Numbered from the stretch's first letter, positions 44,883 through 55,481 are shown. The stretch: 64,000 bases of DNA from Minisyncoccota bacterium (GCA_017991375.1 JAGOQP010000002.1:2259-66258); one strand, 5' to 3'. Notes: a model not told the origin generated them from the letters alone. Program-made: numbers and translations.

Positions 44883-47058
44883 TGGATTTAAATCGTTTGC
44901 TCAAAAAACCGTTTTTGAATTTCCAACGGGAATTGTTGGTATTGTAGGGCCCAATGGATCGGGAAAATCAAATGTTATTGACGCGGTACGATGGCTTTTA
45001 GGAGAGCGAGAAGCAAAAAATCTTCGTGGGGGGAAAATAGAAGATCTTATCTTTGCGGGAACGCCAAAACGTGCCCGATCGGGCATGGCGCATGTAAGCT
45101 TGGTGTTTGATAATGTTGACGGGCGACTCCCCGTTGATTTCAAGGAAGTTGTTATATCGAGAAAGATAAATCGAAGCGGTGAATCTGACTACGCGATTAA
45201 TGACGCGGCGGTGCGTCTCAAAGATATCATCGAGTTTTTTACTAAAATCAAACTGGGGACAAAGGGGCTTACTATTATTGGGCAGGGATCGGCTGATATG
45301 TTTGTTAAAGCGTTGCCAGTGCAACGTATGATGATGGTGCAAGAAATTCTTGGGCTTCGAGAATATCAGGTAAAGAAAAACGAAGCACAGCGCAAACTCA
45401 AACATACCGCGACAAACATAGAAAAGGTAACCGCGATGATGCAAGAGGTCGCGCCTCGTTTGAGGATGTTAAAGCGCCAGACAGCAAAATGGGAAAAACG
45501 TTTTGATGTTGACAAAGAACTTAACGAACTTGAATACGATTATATCGCGTTTAAGATAAAAACACTTGAACAATCACGCGCGAGTGCTACTGAGCCATTA
45601 GCGCGTATCAAACACGAATACGAAAAAACACTCAAAGCGCTTAAGGAAGTTGAGGCACATCTGGAGGCGATTGAAAAACAATCGGTTTCAAGCGCTGCCA
45701 TTCAAAAAGTTCAAGAAGAAAAAAGAACGCTTTTTGCGCATCGAGCCGAGGTTGAACGAAGATTGTACAAAATAGAGGCGCTTATTGAGCGCCTGAGTGA
45801 AGAGACACCAAATGAGGCCACTCTTTCGATTACGCAAGCGCGTAGCGCGCTTTCTCACGCGCGTCAAAAAATGCAGGAAGCGGCGCGCCTTGATTCACTC
45901 AGTGAAATAAAAAAGATTATCAATGAGGTTGTGCTCGCGATTGATGGTCTTTTTGAAACAAAAAAGGAAACAACAGCGCATAAAGAGCACGAATCGTTAA
46001 AAAAAGAAAAGGACGAACTTGAAAAAGAAATTGTGCGCATGGAGGCGCGACTCACCGAACTAGAGGAGCAAGAAAAAACACTCTCAGCGGGCATAGATGA
46101 CTTTAGTAGAACTTTTAAAGAAACATTTGCCCAAGCTGAGGAGTTACGGCAAACTCTTTCGTCGCTTAATGAACAAAAGAGCAGAAGCGAGCTTGAGTGT
46201 GAAAAAATAGCATTTAAACTTGACGAGCTTAAACATCAGGTTGTGTCAGCGCAAAAAGAGTGGCGTTTATTTGAACAACGCGCAGCCGACCCCTCTTTTG
46301 TCAAAGCATTCACCGAAGATGAGTTACTTGAGAACGAACGACGTATTATGCGTTTGCGGGGCGAGTTAGCGAGTATTGGCGATATTGATGAGTCGCTGGT
46401 TAAGGAAACGCATGAGGTTGAGGCACATTACGAATTTCTTACGAAAGAATCAAAAGATCTTGAAGAAGCAACCGCGAACCTTAACGTGCTCATAACCAAC
46501 CTTAATGAAAAGATAGAGACGGAGTTTCGCGCGTCGTTTAAGAAAGTGAATGATGAATTCAATTCATTTTTCCGTCTTATGTTTGGCGGGGGGTCCGCTC
46601 ACATGAAAATTATAGAAAAAGAACGCGCGGCGTTAATGGAAGATAAAGCGGAAAAAGAAGGGCAAGAGGACCAAGAGCTTACTATCGCCGACGTGGGACC
46701 ATCTGATACCGATGATACGTTAAGTGGAATTGAGGTAACCGTATCAATTCCACAAAAGAAAATAACAAGCTTAGAAATGCTTTCGGGGGGAGAAAAGACG
46801 CTGGTGTCACTTGCCGTGCTTTTTGCGTTGATTGCGGTAAGTCCACCTCCCTTTCTTATCCTTGATGAAGCAGATAGCGCTCTTGATGAAAAAAACTCAA
46901 AGCGATTTGCGGATTTGGTCAAACAATTTGCCAAACACACACAGTTTTTAGTGGTGACGCATAATCGTGTTACAATGGAGGCGGCACAGGTGCTTTATGG
47001 GGTAACGATGGATGACACGGGTTCGTCTAAGGTGCTTTCTATGAAGTTGGGGGAGTAG
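44857..47058 (+). CDS. smc: SMC-like chromosome segregation ATPase (short form)
   Basis: Walker A GPNGSGKSNVIDAVRWLLGE, long coiled coil, C-terminal LSGGEKTLVSLAVLFAL...LDEADSALD; start set at the internal ATG to limit overlap with rnc. Confidence 0.8.
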   Translation: MFLKRLEINGFKSFAQKTVFEFPTGIVGIVGPNGSGKSNVIDAVRWLLGEREAKNLRGGKIEDLIFAGTPKRARSGMAHVSLVFDNVDGRLPVDFKEVVISRKINRSGESDYAINDAAVRLKDIIEFFTKIKLGTKGLTIIGQGSADMFVKALPVQRMMMVQEILGLREYQVKKNEAQRKLKHTATNIEKVTAMMQEVAPRLRMLKRQTAKWEKRFDVDKELNELEYDYIAFKIKTLEQSRASATEPLARIKHEYEKTLKALKEVEAHLEAIEKQSVSSAAIQKVQEEKRTLFAHRAEVERRLYKIEALIERLSEETPNEATLSITQARSALSHARQKMQEAARLDSLSEIKKIINEVVLAIDGLFETKKETTAHKEHESLKKEKDELEKEIVRMEARLTELEEQEKTLSAGIDDFSRTFKETFAQAEELRQTLSSLNEQKSRSELECEKIAFKLDELKHQVVSAQKEWRLFEQRAADPSFVKAFTEDELLENERRIMRLRGELASIGDIDESLVKETHEVEAHYEFLTKESKDLEEATANLNVLITNLNEKIETEFRASFKKVNDEFNSFFRLMFGGGSAHMKIIEKERAALMEDKAEKEGQEDQELTIADVGPSDTDDTLSGIEVTVSIPQKKITSLEMLSGGEKTLVSLAVLFALIAVSPPPFLILDEADSALDEKNSKRFADLVKQFAKHTQFLVVTHNRVTMEAAQVLYGVTMDDTGSSKVLSMKLGE

Positions 47059-47195
47059 GGAAAGCTAACAACTTACGACCAACAACGTACAACACACGAC
47101 AGAAAAAGATTATTGATTGCCTAAGGAACGCATAGTTGACTTATTTCTCTTTTTTATTTACACTACATCGACACAAACAGTAATGAAACGAATAC

Positions 47196-47621
47196 ATGTT
47201 AGCAATTAAATTGCGCCCAGTGGGCAAGAAAAAACAGATTTCATACCGCATCGCGGTCATGGAAAAGAAGTCAAAACTCAAAGGTAAATTCTTGGAGGAT
47301 TTAGGTTGGTATAATGCGCACACAGACAAGTTTCAACTCAAAGCAGAACGGGCAAAGCACTGGATAGCAGTAGGGGCGCAACCAACCGACTCAATTCACA
47401 ACTTGTTGGTTACCGCGAAAGTTATCGACAGTCCCAAGATCCCGCTCCATAAAAAATCAAAACAACCACCGCAAGAGGTAAAACAAGAAGTGCTAGAGAA
47501 AAAGTCAGAAACAATACCAGAGACGACACCCGAGATAGCCGAACCTGTGCCATCTGAAGTAGCTCCTAAAGAGCCAATAACAGAAGAAGCACAAGAAACA
47601 CAACAAACAGAGACTGTTTAA
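47196..47621 (+). CDS. rpsP: 30S ribosomal protein S16 with C-terminal extension
   Basis: MLAIKLRPVGKKKQISYRIAV. Confidence 0.9.
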   Translation: MLAIKLRPVGKKKQISYRIAVMEKKSKLKGKFLEDLGWYNAHTDKFQLKAERAKHWIAVGAQPTDSIHNLLVTAKVIDSPKIPLHKKSKQPPQEVKQEVLEKKSETIPETTPEIAEPVPSEVAPKEPITEEAQETQQTETV

Positions 47622-47661
47622 AAAAGGTCGAAAGGAACTAACCGAACAATCTGTACGATCT

Positions 47662-47988
47662 ATGGAAAAAGATCAGGCATTCCTGGAATTCCTCGTAAAA
47701 TCACTCGTTGATAAGCCCGAGGATGTGATAGTAGAGCGCAAGATTGATGAAATGGGGGTGTTGCTCACGCTCAAAGTCAATCGAGGCGATATGGGACAGA
47801 TCGTGGGACGTCAGGGTTCAACCGCAAAGGCGATTCGTTCACTTCTGCGCATCGTTGGTATGAAAAACAACGCACGCGTAAACCTCAAGATTCTTGAACC
47901 AGAAGGAGGAACAGGAGGAAATCGTCCGTCAGGAGAAACCCCAACCTCATCACTTGATCAAGCGATGGAAGATCTCAAGAATCTCTAA
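47662..47988 (+). CDS. KH-domain RNA-binding protein (UPF0109/YlqC-like)
   Basis: GQIVGRQGSTAKAIRSLLRIVG. Confidence 0.8.
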   Translation: MEKDQAFLEFLVKSLVDKPEDVIVERKIDEMGVLLTLKVNRGDMGQIVGRQGSTAKAIRSLLRIVGMKNNARVNLKILEPEGGTGGNRPSGETPTSSLDQAMEDLKNL

Positions 47989-48177
47989 AAATGAATAAAA
48001 ACGCTCCCGATGTTATATCGGGAGCGTTTTTTGAGGGCAAAATAAATTATAAAACATAGCGCATAATCTTACTCTTACATTCTCTATTTAACGTTCCACA
48101 TTCAATCCTGTGTTGGTTGCCTTTCTGTTTTTTACAGTATACGCTATACAGTGTGTAGTGTGTGCTATACCTTTCTT

Positions 48178-48840
48178 ATGATTTTTCATATTCTCTCAGT
48201 CATTCCTCATGTATTGGATGCGTATGTTAATGAATCCATCGTGGGGCGTGCTCAAAAGAAAAAACTACTATCGGTTAAAACGTACAATATCCGTACGTGG
48301 GCGACTGACAAGCATAAAAAAGTTGACGATCGTCCATTTGGTGGGGGAGCAGGAATGGTTTTGAAGGTTGAGCCTATCTATAGAGCAGTTGCATCAATTC
48401 GTGCCGCGATAGCAAGAGGAAGAAAAAAAACAAAAACACGAGTGATTCTCTTTAGTACGCGTGGGACACTCTTTACCCAAGAGAAGGCAACGCAACTTTC
48501 TAAATACAATCATATTATTCTCATCTGTGGACGCTATGAAGGAGTTGATGAGCGTGTCGCTCGCTATATTGCCGACGAAGAAATTTCTTTAGGCGATGTG
48601 GTATATTCAGGGGGGGAAATTCCCGCGCTCGCTGTGGTGGACGCAGTTGCGCGAAAAATACCAGGGGTATTGGGGAAGTATGAATCGTTGGAAGAGATTC
48701 AGGGAAGCTATCCAACATATACTCGTCCGGAAATATTTATTCCTGATTCAAAGAACAAAAAGAAAAAGTGGATAGCGCCCGCGGTACTAAGATCTGGTGA
48801 TCACAAAAAAATAGAAAACTGGCGGGCAATTGACAAATAA
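48178..48840 (+). CDS. trmD: tRNA (guanine37-N1)-methyltransferase
   Basis: [20 protein letters not shown]...; start at the internal ATG. Confidence 0.9.
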   Translation: MIFHILSVIPHVLDAYVNESIVGRAQKKKLLSVKTYNIRTWATDKHKKVDDRPFGGGAGMVLKVEPIYRAVASIRAAIARGRKKTKTRVILFSTRGTLFTQEKATQLSKYNHIILICGRYEGVDERVARYIADEEISLGDVVYSGGEIPALAVVDAVARKIPGVLGKYESLEEIQGSYPTYTRPEIFIPDSKNKKKKWIAPAVLRSGDHKKIENWRAIDK

Positions 48841-48911
48841 TAATTTGTATGCTATAATAGCGCACAGGACACTAAAAAATCACACACTCACGCTGCGAAA
48901 AGGAGATTCAC

Positions 48912-49121
48912 ATGCGTGGAATCGGTTTCATTTGGTTGGTTAACACCTTCGGCCTCTTTTGGTCGGGGGTAATACTTCTCACAGTCGCCACTTTCCTCGC
49001 CGTCTGCGCGGCAAGGAAATACGCTCAGAGAAAGGGGATGTTCTGGCACGCCGTTGGCGTCGTATCAATTGGTATCGGCGTTAACGGGATCAGGTATCTC
49101 TTGTTGTGGTTAAACAACTAG
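48912..49121 (+). CDS. small two-TM membrane protein (69 aa)
   Basis: AAAAGGAG ribosome-binding site; TATAAT at 48852. Confidence 0.45.
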   Translation: MRGIGFIWLVNTFGLFWSGVILLTVATFLAVCAARKYAQRKGMFWHAVGVVSIGIGVNGIRYLLLWLNN

Positions 49122-49380
49122 TTGGGTGTAGTGTGGTGCCCTCTCTTCCCCAGAGTCGCTAGATTCTGGGGGTCGCCAGTGCGCATAACACACGTTGTTT
49201 GCAGTGGCGATCCATTCTCTTGATTTTTGAATTTATATTTTGTTATAGTGTAAACGGCGTTATGGAGCCGTTTTATTGTGCTCACAAATGACGCCTTATT
49301 ACAAAGTAAGAATAATTCAACTCTGTCGTTATTGCTACGCGATAAAGTGAAACGGAGTTAGCCGTAAAACGGCACATACT

Positions 49381-50139
49381 ATGAGTGATCAAAAAAACGA
49401 TCAGAAACAGTCAGCGGGGAGTTTGTTTATTGACGCAAGCGCTCTGTTTGGGGGTTCGGAGGTGGATGATGCCACGCTACTTGAAATGGCACAGGCGGGA
49501 GTTTTATATGGACATAAGAAATCACGCCGCAACCCACGTTTTGGTGAGTATATCTTTACCACACGAAACGGCGTTGAGGTGCTCGATTTGGTAAAAACAG
49601 CAAAAGCGATTGATTTTGTGGCAGGTCTTATTAAGAAAGGAAAAGAAGACAAAAAGAATTTTATTATTGTCGGTACGCAGCCGGCGGCACATGATTCGAT
49701 AAAAGCGCTCTCGCAGGCATTAGGCGACTGTCCGTTTGTTATTAACAAATGGATTGGAGGTCTTATTACTAATTTTAGCGTGCTTTCAAAGCGTATCACG
49801 TACTACAAACAGCAAAAGCAGGGATTGGAAGAAAAGAAATTCGAAGGATACACCAAAAAAGAACGCTTAATGATCGCGCGCGAGGTTGAAAAAATGCAGG
49901 GACGATTTTCTGGATTTGAAAATATTGAGGGCATTCCCGACATTATGATAGTGATCGATGGAAGCATTAAAGGACACGCGACTGCTATTCACGAGGCGCG
50001 TCTCAAGAAAGTGAAAGTGTTTGGTATTATTGACAGCGATGACAACCCGGGTGACTTTGATTACTTCATCCCAGCAAATGATCATGCTCGATCGTCGATC
50101 TCATGGGTGATAAATCGGATCATCCAAAAGATTGCTTAG
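49381..50139 (+). CDS. rpsB: 30S ribosomal protein S2
   Basis: GVLYGHKKSRRNPRFGEYIFTTRNGVEVLDL. Confidence 0.9.
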   Translation: MSDQKNDQKQSAGSLFIDASALFGGSEVDDATLLEMAQAGVLYGHKKSRRNPRFGEYIFTTRNGVEVLDLVKTAKAIDFVAGLIKKGKEDKKNFIIVGTQPAAHDSIKALSQALGDCPFVINKWIGGLITNFSVLSKRITYYKQQKQGLEEKKFEGYTKKERLMIAREVEKMQGRFSGFENIEGIPDIMIVIDGSIKGHATAIHEARLKKVKVFGIIDSDDNPGDFDYFIPANDHARSSISWVINRIIQKIA

Positions 50140-50171
50140 TAAATACATTTAATCAAACAGCACACAGTACT

Positions 50172-50612
50172 ATGAACGATGCTATTGTTCGTTTGCGCGA
50201 AGAGACGGGCGCGGGGGTTATGGATTGTAAACGCGCGCTTGATGACGCGCAGGGGGATTTGGATAAGGCGCGGACGCTTATTTTTGAGCGCGGTGCCGCC
50301 AAAGCGGAGAAAAAAGCAGAGCGTAAAACAGGTTCGGGGCTTTTGGAAACATATGTCCACAACAACCGCGTGGGGGTATTACTAGAATTGCGCTGTGAAA
50401 CTGATTTTGTGGCGCGTACTGACGCGTTTAAAACACTCGCTCACGATATCGTGATGCAAATTGCTTCTATGAATCCACAAAGCGTTGATGAATTGCTGAC
50501 ACAAGAATTTATCAAAGACAGCGCGATTACTATCAATGAATTAGTAACACGGGCAATCGCGTCAATTGGAGAAAATATCAAAATTGAGCGATTCTGCCGG
50601 TACGAGTTATAG
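50172..50612 (+). CDS. tsf: elongation factor Ts (short form)
   Basis: MNDAIVRLREETGAGVMDCKRALDDAQGDLDKARTLI; start at the internal ATG. Confidence 0.85.
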   Translation: MNDAIVRLREETGAGVMDCKRALDDAQGDLDKARTLIFERGAAKAEKKAERKTGSGLLETYVHNNRVGVLLELRCETDFVARTDAFKTLAHDIVMQIASMNPQSVDELLTQEFIKDSAITINELVTRAIASIGENIKIERFCRYEL

Positions 50613-50664
50613 AAATAAAAAAGCGTTGCGTTTAGGGCGGTCTCTGTGATACACTGCCTAAGGC

Positions 50665-51069
50665 GTGACGCTTTTGGCGTCATTATACGTATCATATATG
50701 GTGTATACCATCTTGCAGTTAGTGTTTATGGCGAGTGTAAGCGTGATAATCATAATGATTATTCGCAAGCTACCGCTTATTGACGGATTTGAGTTTTCCG
50801 AATCAACTCAAACGCGTAAAAACGGCCATCGGATTATACGATCCGAAGTTGTTGACGCGATTGATCAACGTCTTGCCGCCATACTTGCTAAAATTCTCAG
50901 GCGGTCAAAATTAATTTTGATGCGCTTGGATAATTTTGTGGCAAAACACCTGGAAGCAGTTAAACAGCGATCGGGGTCTCATAACAAAAATGGTGTGAAC
51001 GTTATAGAGGCGGTTCATGAACAACGCGAAGAAAAAAATGATACGGAAGAAACCAGTAGCCAGGAATGA
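50665..51069 (+). CDS. hypothetical membrane protein (134 aa)
   Basis: N-terminal TM helix. Confidence 0.4.
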   Translation: MTLLASLYVSYMVYTILQLVFMASVSVIIIMIIRKLPLIDGFEFSESTQTRKNGHRIIRSEVVDAIDQRLAAILAKILRRSKLILMRLDNFVAKHLEAVKQRSGSHNKNGVNVIEAVHEQREEKNDTEETSSQE

Positions 51070-51086
51070 GTGCACGTTTACATATT

Positions 51087-51171
51087 GGGTAGGTAGTCTC
51101 GTAGGGGCCGAGGGCGGTCTGTAAAACCGTTGGCCAATGTGCTCGCGTGAGTTCGACTCTCACCCTACCCA
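51087..51171 (+). tRNA. tRNA-Tyr (anticodon GUA), long variable arm
   Basis: Acceptor GGGTAGG/CCTACCC, anticodon stem GCGGT/ACCGT with loop CTGTAAA, T-arm GTGAG-TTCGACT-CTCAC. Confidence 0.75.
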
Positions 51172-51373
51172 CATAATAAAATTATTTTCCTTCACGCAGT
51201 GAGCGTGAGGGAGTAATTTTATTAAGTTGGTCAAGAAAAAACCAACTGCTTGGTTTTTGAGTGAGAGTCGAACGCCGGAGCTTGTGCGAGTGACCACACG
51301 AGCACGCGAGGCGGTGGCTAGTCTGAGTCGAGTGACGACGAGACAAGAGGCGAGGCCGACTCTCACCCTACCC
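51172..51373 (+). repeat. tRNA 3'-associated conserved element ending in a duplicated tRNA-Tyr 3' end
   Basis: Hairpin CCAAGAAAAAACCAA-ctgc-TTGGTTTTTG; core GAGTCGAACGCCGGAGCTTGTGCGAGTGACCACACGAGCACGCGAGGCGGTGGCTAGTCTGAGTCGAGTGACGACGAGACAAGAGGCGAGGCC; then GACTCTCACCCTACCCA, equal to the last 17 nt of the tRNA. Confidence 0.8.
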
Positions 51374-51521
51374 ACTCGACGCGCCCTGAGTAAAATCGAA
51401 GGGCTTGCTCGTGGCAAGCCACATTCTATGAGTGAATTTCAAACACGCACGATAATCAGTTGTTATGAATTTTGTTGGTTCCTTGTTGTTAGTCGTGGGT
51501 GGTTAGTCGTTAGTTATATAT

Positions 51522-51545
51522 GCCATAGCTCAGCTGGGTTTATGG
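51522..51545 (+). repeat. truncated tRNA 5'-fragment + GTTTA module
   Basis: GCCATAGCTCAGCTGG-GTTTATGG; a decayed copy of the 5'-associated element upstream of tRNA-Thr(UGU). Confidence 0.5.
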
Positions 51546-51588
51546 ATTTTATTGTTAGTTGTAAGTAGTTAGTTGTTAGTCAATGCAT

Positions 51589-51660
51589 GCCACCTTAGCT
51601 CAGCGGTAGAGCAACTGTTTTGTAAACAGTAGGTCCCCGGTCCGAATCCGGGAGGTGGCT
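51589..51660 (+). tRNA. tRNA-Thr (anticodon UGU)
   Basis: Acceptor GCCACCT/AGGTGGC, anticodon stem ACTGT/ACAGT with loop TTTGTAA, T-arm CCCGG-TCCGAAT-CCGGG. Confidence 0.8.
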
Positions 51661-51837
51661 CAACTATCTGGACTTTTTTTATAATTTGAATACAATTATA
51701 ACGTGGTTCCAGATGCTTTATCGCTTGCTGTCTGTCTACGGCAGGTTCTGACTGGTGGTGAGTATAATCGAACCAGTAAGTGAAACGCATTGAAGGGTAG
51801 GTGATCGGTAGTTAGTTGTAAGTTGTTAGTTACATAT

Positions 51838-51948
51838 GCCAATGTAGCTCAGCTGGGTTTAAAGCAAACAATTTTGCTTTAAACGGGAAATCCAAAAAGA
51901 TATATTGGACTTTCCCCGGAAGAGCAAGCAACCGAAGGTATTGCGATG
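51838..51948 (+). repeat. tRNA 5'-associated element: duplicated tRNA-Thr(GGU) 5' end (19 nt) plus conserved two-hairpin module
   Basis: GCCAATGTAGCTCAGCTGG, then GTTTAAAGCAAACAATTTTGCTTTAAACGGGAAATCCAAAAAGATATATTGGACTTTCCCCGGAAGAGCAAGCAACCGAAGGTATTGCGATG; the intact tRNA begins 47 nt later. Confidence 0.8.
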
Positions 51949-51995
51949 TCATGCACATTTATATACAGTACAATCAAGTCTGGAAATAAGCACTT

Positions 51996-52262
51996 GCCAA
52001 TGTAGCTCAGCTGGTAGAGCAACTCCATGGTAGAATAAACACTGCCCACTGTCTGAGAAATTAAACAGTGAATCCCGAATGACGGTCAAAAGCCTGTGCA
52101 GGCCAAGACCGTTCCGCTCAAAGCGGACGAACGACTGACAAGGGTGACTAAATTCACTTTTGGTGAACAAGTCAAAGATACAGTCTAATCCTCAAATAAG
52201 CATTGTATAAATTGGGGTAGAAATGAAGGAGTAGGTCGCCGGTTCAATTCCGGCCATTGGCT
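51996..52262 (+). tRNA. tRNA-Thr (anticodon GGU) interrupted by a ~194-nt group I-like intron in the anticodon loop
   Basis: 5' exon GCCAATG-TA-GCTC-AGCTGGTA-GAGC-A-ACTCC-ATGGT (ends at 52031, U36); 3' exon AA-GGAGT-AGGTC-GCCGG-TTCAATT-CCGGC-CATTGGC-T (from 52226); the exons splice to a 73-nt tRNA. Confidence 0.6.
52032..52225 (+). ncRNA. group I-like intron in tRNA-Thr(GGU)
   Basis: Preceded by U and ends in G (omega-G); contains GGGTGACTAAAT (R-like, GACTA) and CAAAGATACAGTCTAATCC (S-like, compare AAGATATAGTCC), the P7-forming elements of group I introns. Splice junctions inferred, not computed. Confidence 0.5.
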
Positions 52263-52275
52263 CTCTGTAGATTTT

Positions 52276-54870
52276 ATGTGCAAAAAACATATGGTTAATA
52301 AAAACACTTCGCTCATATTTTTCTTTTGCCTATTTATTTTTTTTATATACGTAGAACACGTTCATGGAGCAGTTACGCTGGATTCTGTTAATGGTATATA
52401 TACAAATGATTTTAATACTAATACTGGCTTATACCAAACAAACAAAGCCAAAATCGACGTGAGCGATGGGAAACTTAAATTAACCAATGCAACTAATACA
52501 TCTATTTTTACCGCTCCGTTCGCGACCTCTGGTTACGCGATTCTTTCAGCTATCACTCCCTCAAGTACAGCCGCATGGGGGACGCTTTCTTTAAATTTTC
52601 AAAAACCAACAAGCACGCAGATTTTATTTCAAGTACTTGATGGTGGGTACTATGCTTATGACGATACATTAGTAGCGGGCAATTCGACTGGTTTTTCAAG
52701 CTCATCAACTAACTTTTCGACACTGTCGATAACTCAAACGGGAAATAGTAGCGGAAGCGCAAAATATGGCAAAATCTCCTTCAAATTATTATTATCTACC
52801 TCTGACGCCAGTACTACGCCATCAATTGATGACTTATCTTTTTCATGGGCAGTAAATCAAGGAGACCTAAGCACGTCAACGCCAAAAGAGAGTATATGGT
52901 ACAACCAACAGGGAGACAACCAAGGGACTCAACGCGCTCGAGTCGATTATGGTATTTTATACCCCTCTATACGATGGGTAAAAACCTCGATGCCTGGTGA
53001 TGGATATGGACATTTTTTAAGAGGGTCGGGGGATACCATATACCATAAGTCAGTAGGCGGGCTTGTTTCGTGGCCCTGGATGACTGATGGGGTGCTTAGA
53101 AAATTAAACAGACACACTGGGGAGATAGTTTGGGAAAAAAAGTTTTCTGGCTATTCGTACTCTAATACTGATATGGCCTTATCTCAAAATGATACTATTT
53201 ATAATTCGGATATCTATTCAGATATCATGGTAGCGCTTGATGGTTCTGATGGGAGTGTAAAGTGGACATATCAGTTTAGCGGCGGGCATGGCAATCAGGA
53301 TGTGGTCATTGGTCCGGATGGGTCTATCTATACCATGCGATATGATAACACCACTTATTTAACCGTATATGCTTTTAACGCGAACGGTACGGTGAGATGG
53401 ACTAAAACTATCGTTCCCCCTGGCTCAACTTTTGGCGGATCGCCTATCTCTTTGGCGTCTGATGGAAGTACTCTCTATTTTGGGACGTACTCAAAAAGTG
53501 GAGCAAATTTTACCAATAATGGATTGTTGTATGCTCTAAATACATCAGATGGCTCCATAAAATGGACATATCCAAGTGGTGATTTTGGCTCTACTATATT
53601 TACATCGCCCATTGTGGACGTTGATGGGTCTATTTATATTACAAACTCTGTTCCAACTGAATACAGAAAAAGGATAACCGCGGTTACCTCTGACGGCTCA
53701 CTTAAATGGGAATATTCAATTGGTACTACTACTGATTTTTGGAGAGGCATGGCTCTAAGAGAAGATGGTGTGTTACTCGTGGAACGTTTTCCATCACTCT
53801 TTTACTTGCCCTTTTCAACGGGCTTAATAGAGGCCATTAATATAAACGATGGATCACTTTTGTGGTCAAAAACAACAAGTGACCATGGAAATACTACAGG
53901 GGGCGACTCGTTTGTGACAAACAACGCTGAAGGATTATTCCGTGCCTATTCGGTTTCCGCGCCGTCTCCAACCAGCACCTTTTTTTCTTACTATGATGCA
54001 CAAGGGAATGAAAAGTGGTCTATTAACAAAATTGACAACTCCTTAACTGATTACATTAGATTTTACAGAAGTATGCAAGATGAAGATGGATGGGTGTACG
54101 TAGATGGATGGGGGTCATCTTCAAGCGTGCTTATGGGCATTGCTCCGTGGACATTGAATGCCTCATTAGACAGAACAGACGCGTATCAAACCGATACCAT
54201 TGTTATTACGGCGACGTCATCAATGCAACAAATAAGCCCGCTTACTAATCAAGTAAATAAAATTCAGATTGTTTTTGATAATGGAGCGACTATTCCACTT
54301 GTGTATAATTCAAGCGATGATTCGGGAAATAACATATGGAGGGGAACATATACCATTCCGACAACGTACGAAGCCGGTGTTCACCAGTATACCGTGGAGG
54401 CTGGCGCCGCTGAAATTAGAACAGATATAACGACTAGATTTAGTGAGCCGGCGAATAATTCTAATAATACTGGTATCACTTTAACGGGTTCATTTAATAT
54501 CAAAAGAGTTGGAGGCGCGCTTCCCTCATATAAAAATACAGCTCAATCAAGTGGCATAGCGTTAAAGCTCAACAACGCAGAACAACAAAAGGGAAACTTA
54601 TCTACGGGAACACAAATTAGTTTATCTATTACAAAAACATTGAGGTTTGGTATGATTGATCCTCAAGTAATAATTGCGCAGAAAATACTGCAAAAAGTTG
54701 GTACGCTATCAAAAGAAATTACACCAATAAATATCTTTGGCCCCAAGACGCTTAAGGCGGTAAAACAATTTCAGGTGCAAAAAAGAATCGCATTTTCTGG
54801 ATTAGCGGGGTATGGTCAAATTGGCCCCAAGACAAGAAAGGCACTGAACGAAATGAACATTCGAGATTAG
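52276..54870 (+). CDS. secreted beta-propeller (PQQ/BamB-like repeats) protein with C-terminal peptidoglycan-binding domain
   Basis: Signal peptide; repeated DGS(I/V)KWTY / GEIVWEKKF motifs; C-terminus ...AQKILQKVGTLSKEITPINIFGPKTLKAVKQFQVQKRIAFSGLAGYGQIGPKTRKAL (PG_binding_1-like). Confidence 0.65.
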   Translation: MCKKHMVNKNTSLIFFFCLFIFFIYVEHVHGAVTLDSVNGIYTNDFNTNTGLYQTNKAKIDVSDGKLKLTNATNTSIFTAPFATSGYAILSAITPSSTAAWGTLSLNFQKPTSTQILFQVLDGGYYAYDDTLVAGNSTGFSSSSTNFSTLSITQTGNSSGSAKYGKISFKLLLSTSDASTTPSIDDLSFSWAVNQGDLSTSTPKESIWYNQQGDNQGTQRARVDYGILYPSIRWVKTSMPGDGYGHFLRGSGDTIYHKSVGGLVSWPWMTDGVLRKLNRHTGEIVWEKKFSGYSYSNTDMALSQNDTIYNSDIYSDIMVALDGSDGSVKWTYQFSGGHGNQDVVIGPDGSIYTMRYDNTTYLTVYAFNANGTVRWTKTIVPPGSTFGGSPISLASDGSTLYFGTYSKSGANFTNNGLLYALNTSDGSIKWTYPSGDFGSTIFTSPIVDVDGSIYITNSVPTEYRKRITAVTSDGSLKWEYSIGTTTDFWRGMALREDGVLLVERFPSLFYLPFSTGLIEAININDGSLLWSKTTSDHGNTTGGDSFVTNNAEGLFRAYSVSAPSPTSTFFSYYDAQGNEKWSINKIDNSLTDYIRFYRSMQDEDGWVYVDGWGSSSSVLMGIAPWTLNASLDRTDAYQTDTIVITATSSMQQISPLTNQVNKIQIVFDNGATIPLVYNSSDDSGNNIWRGTYTIPTTYEAGVHQYTVEAGAAEIRTDITTRFSEPANNSNNTGITLTGSFNIKRVGGALPSYKNTAQSSGIALKLNNAEQQKGNLSTGTQISLSITKTLRFGMIDPQVIIAQKILQKVGTLSKEITPINIFGPKTLKAVKQFQVQKRIAFSGLAGYGQIGPKTRKALNEMNIRD

Positions 54871-55203
54871 AGGTGAGTTTAACGTATAAATGGCCGCACA
54901 GAAAGCAAAAAAAGCGGCGAGAGAAAAGAATGTTTGAGCGTAAAGGCATGTGCCGTTCGTTGAGCTCGCTTGAGCGAGTAACGAACGTGTTACCTTAGAG
55001 CTGATGGCCCGGTCGACTCGCATGCGTTCGACCCATGGTTTTATTCGCTCTGCGCACCCCTATCTCTCGCCAGTGATCGTATAATTACATAAATAAGCAT
55101 ATTTGTCAATAATAAAAACTATACCCAAAAACTTGATTTTTTCTCTTTGGTGGTGTATCCTTCCACCACTAGACGCTAATCGCTATTCACTTATCACTAT
55201 TTC

Positions 55204-55374
55204 ATGGCAAAATCAAAATTCAGCGAAAATCTTATAAAGCTCCGATGTGCCGAATGCAAACGGACGAATTACTACACACGCAAAAATAAAAAGACCAACC
55301 AGGAAAAACTTGAGGTAAAAAAATATTGCCCGTGGTGCCGGGAACACGCCAAACATACCGAAACGAAAAAATAA
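55204..55374 (+). CDS. rpmG: 50S ribosomal protein L33
   Basis: [56 protein letters not shown] (56 aa, Cys4); not on the ORF track. Confidence 0.8.
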   Translation: MAKSKFSENLIKLRCAECKRTNYYTRKNKKTNQEKLEVKKYCPWCREHAKHTETKK

Positions 55375-55377
55375 ACT

Positions 55378-55416
55378 AAACCCCCTTTGTAGAACATTTT
55401 CACGAGGGGGTTTTGT
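55378..55416 (+). terminator. rho-independent terminator after rpmG
   Basis: AAACCCCCT-loop-AGGGGGTTT followed by TGTAT. Confidence 0.6.
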
Positions 55417-55481
55417 ATAGGAGTTAAGTTTTAACAATAAGCGCGCCTTCGCGCTCGATGGTGCTTTTGGCGAACTGGAGG

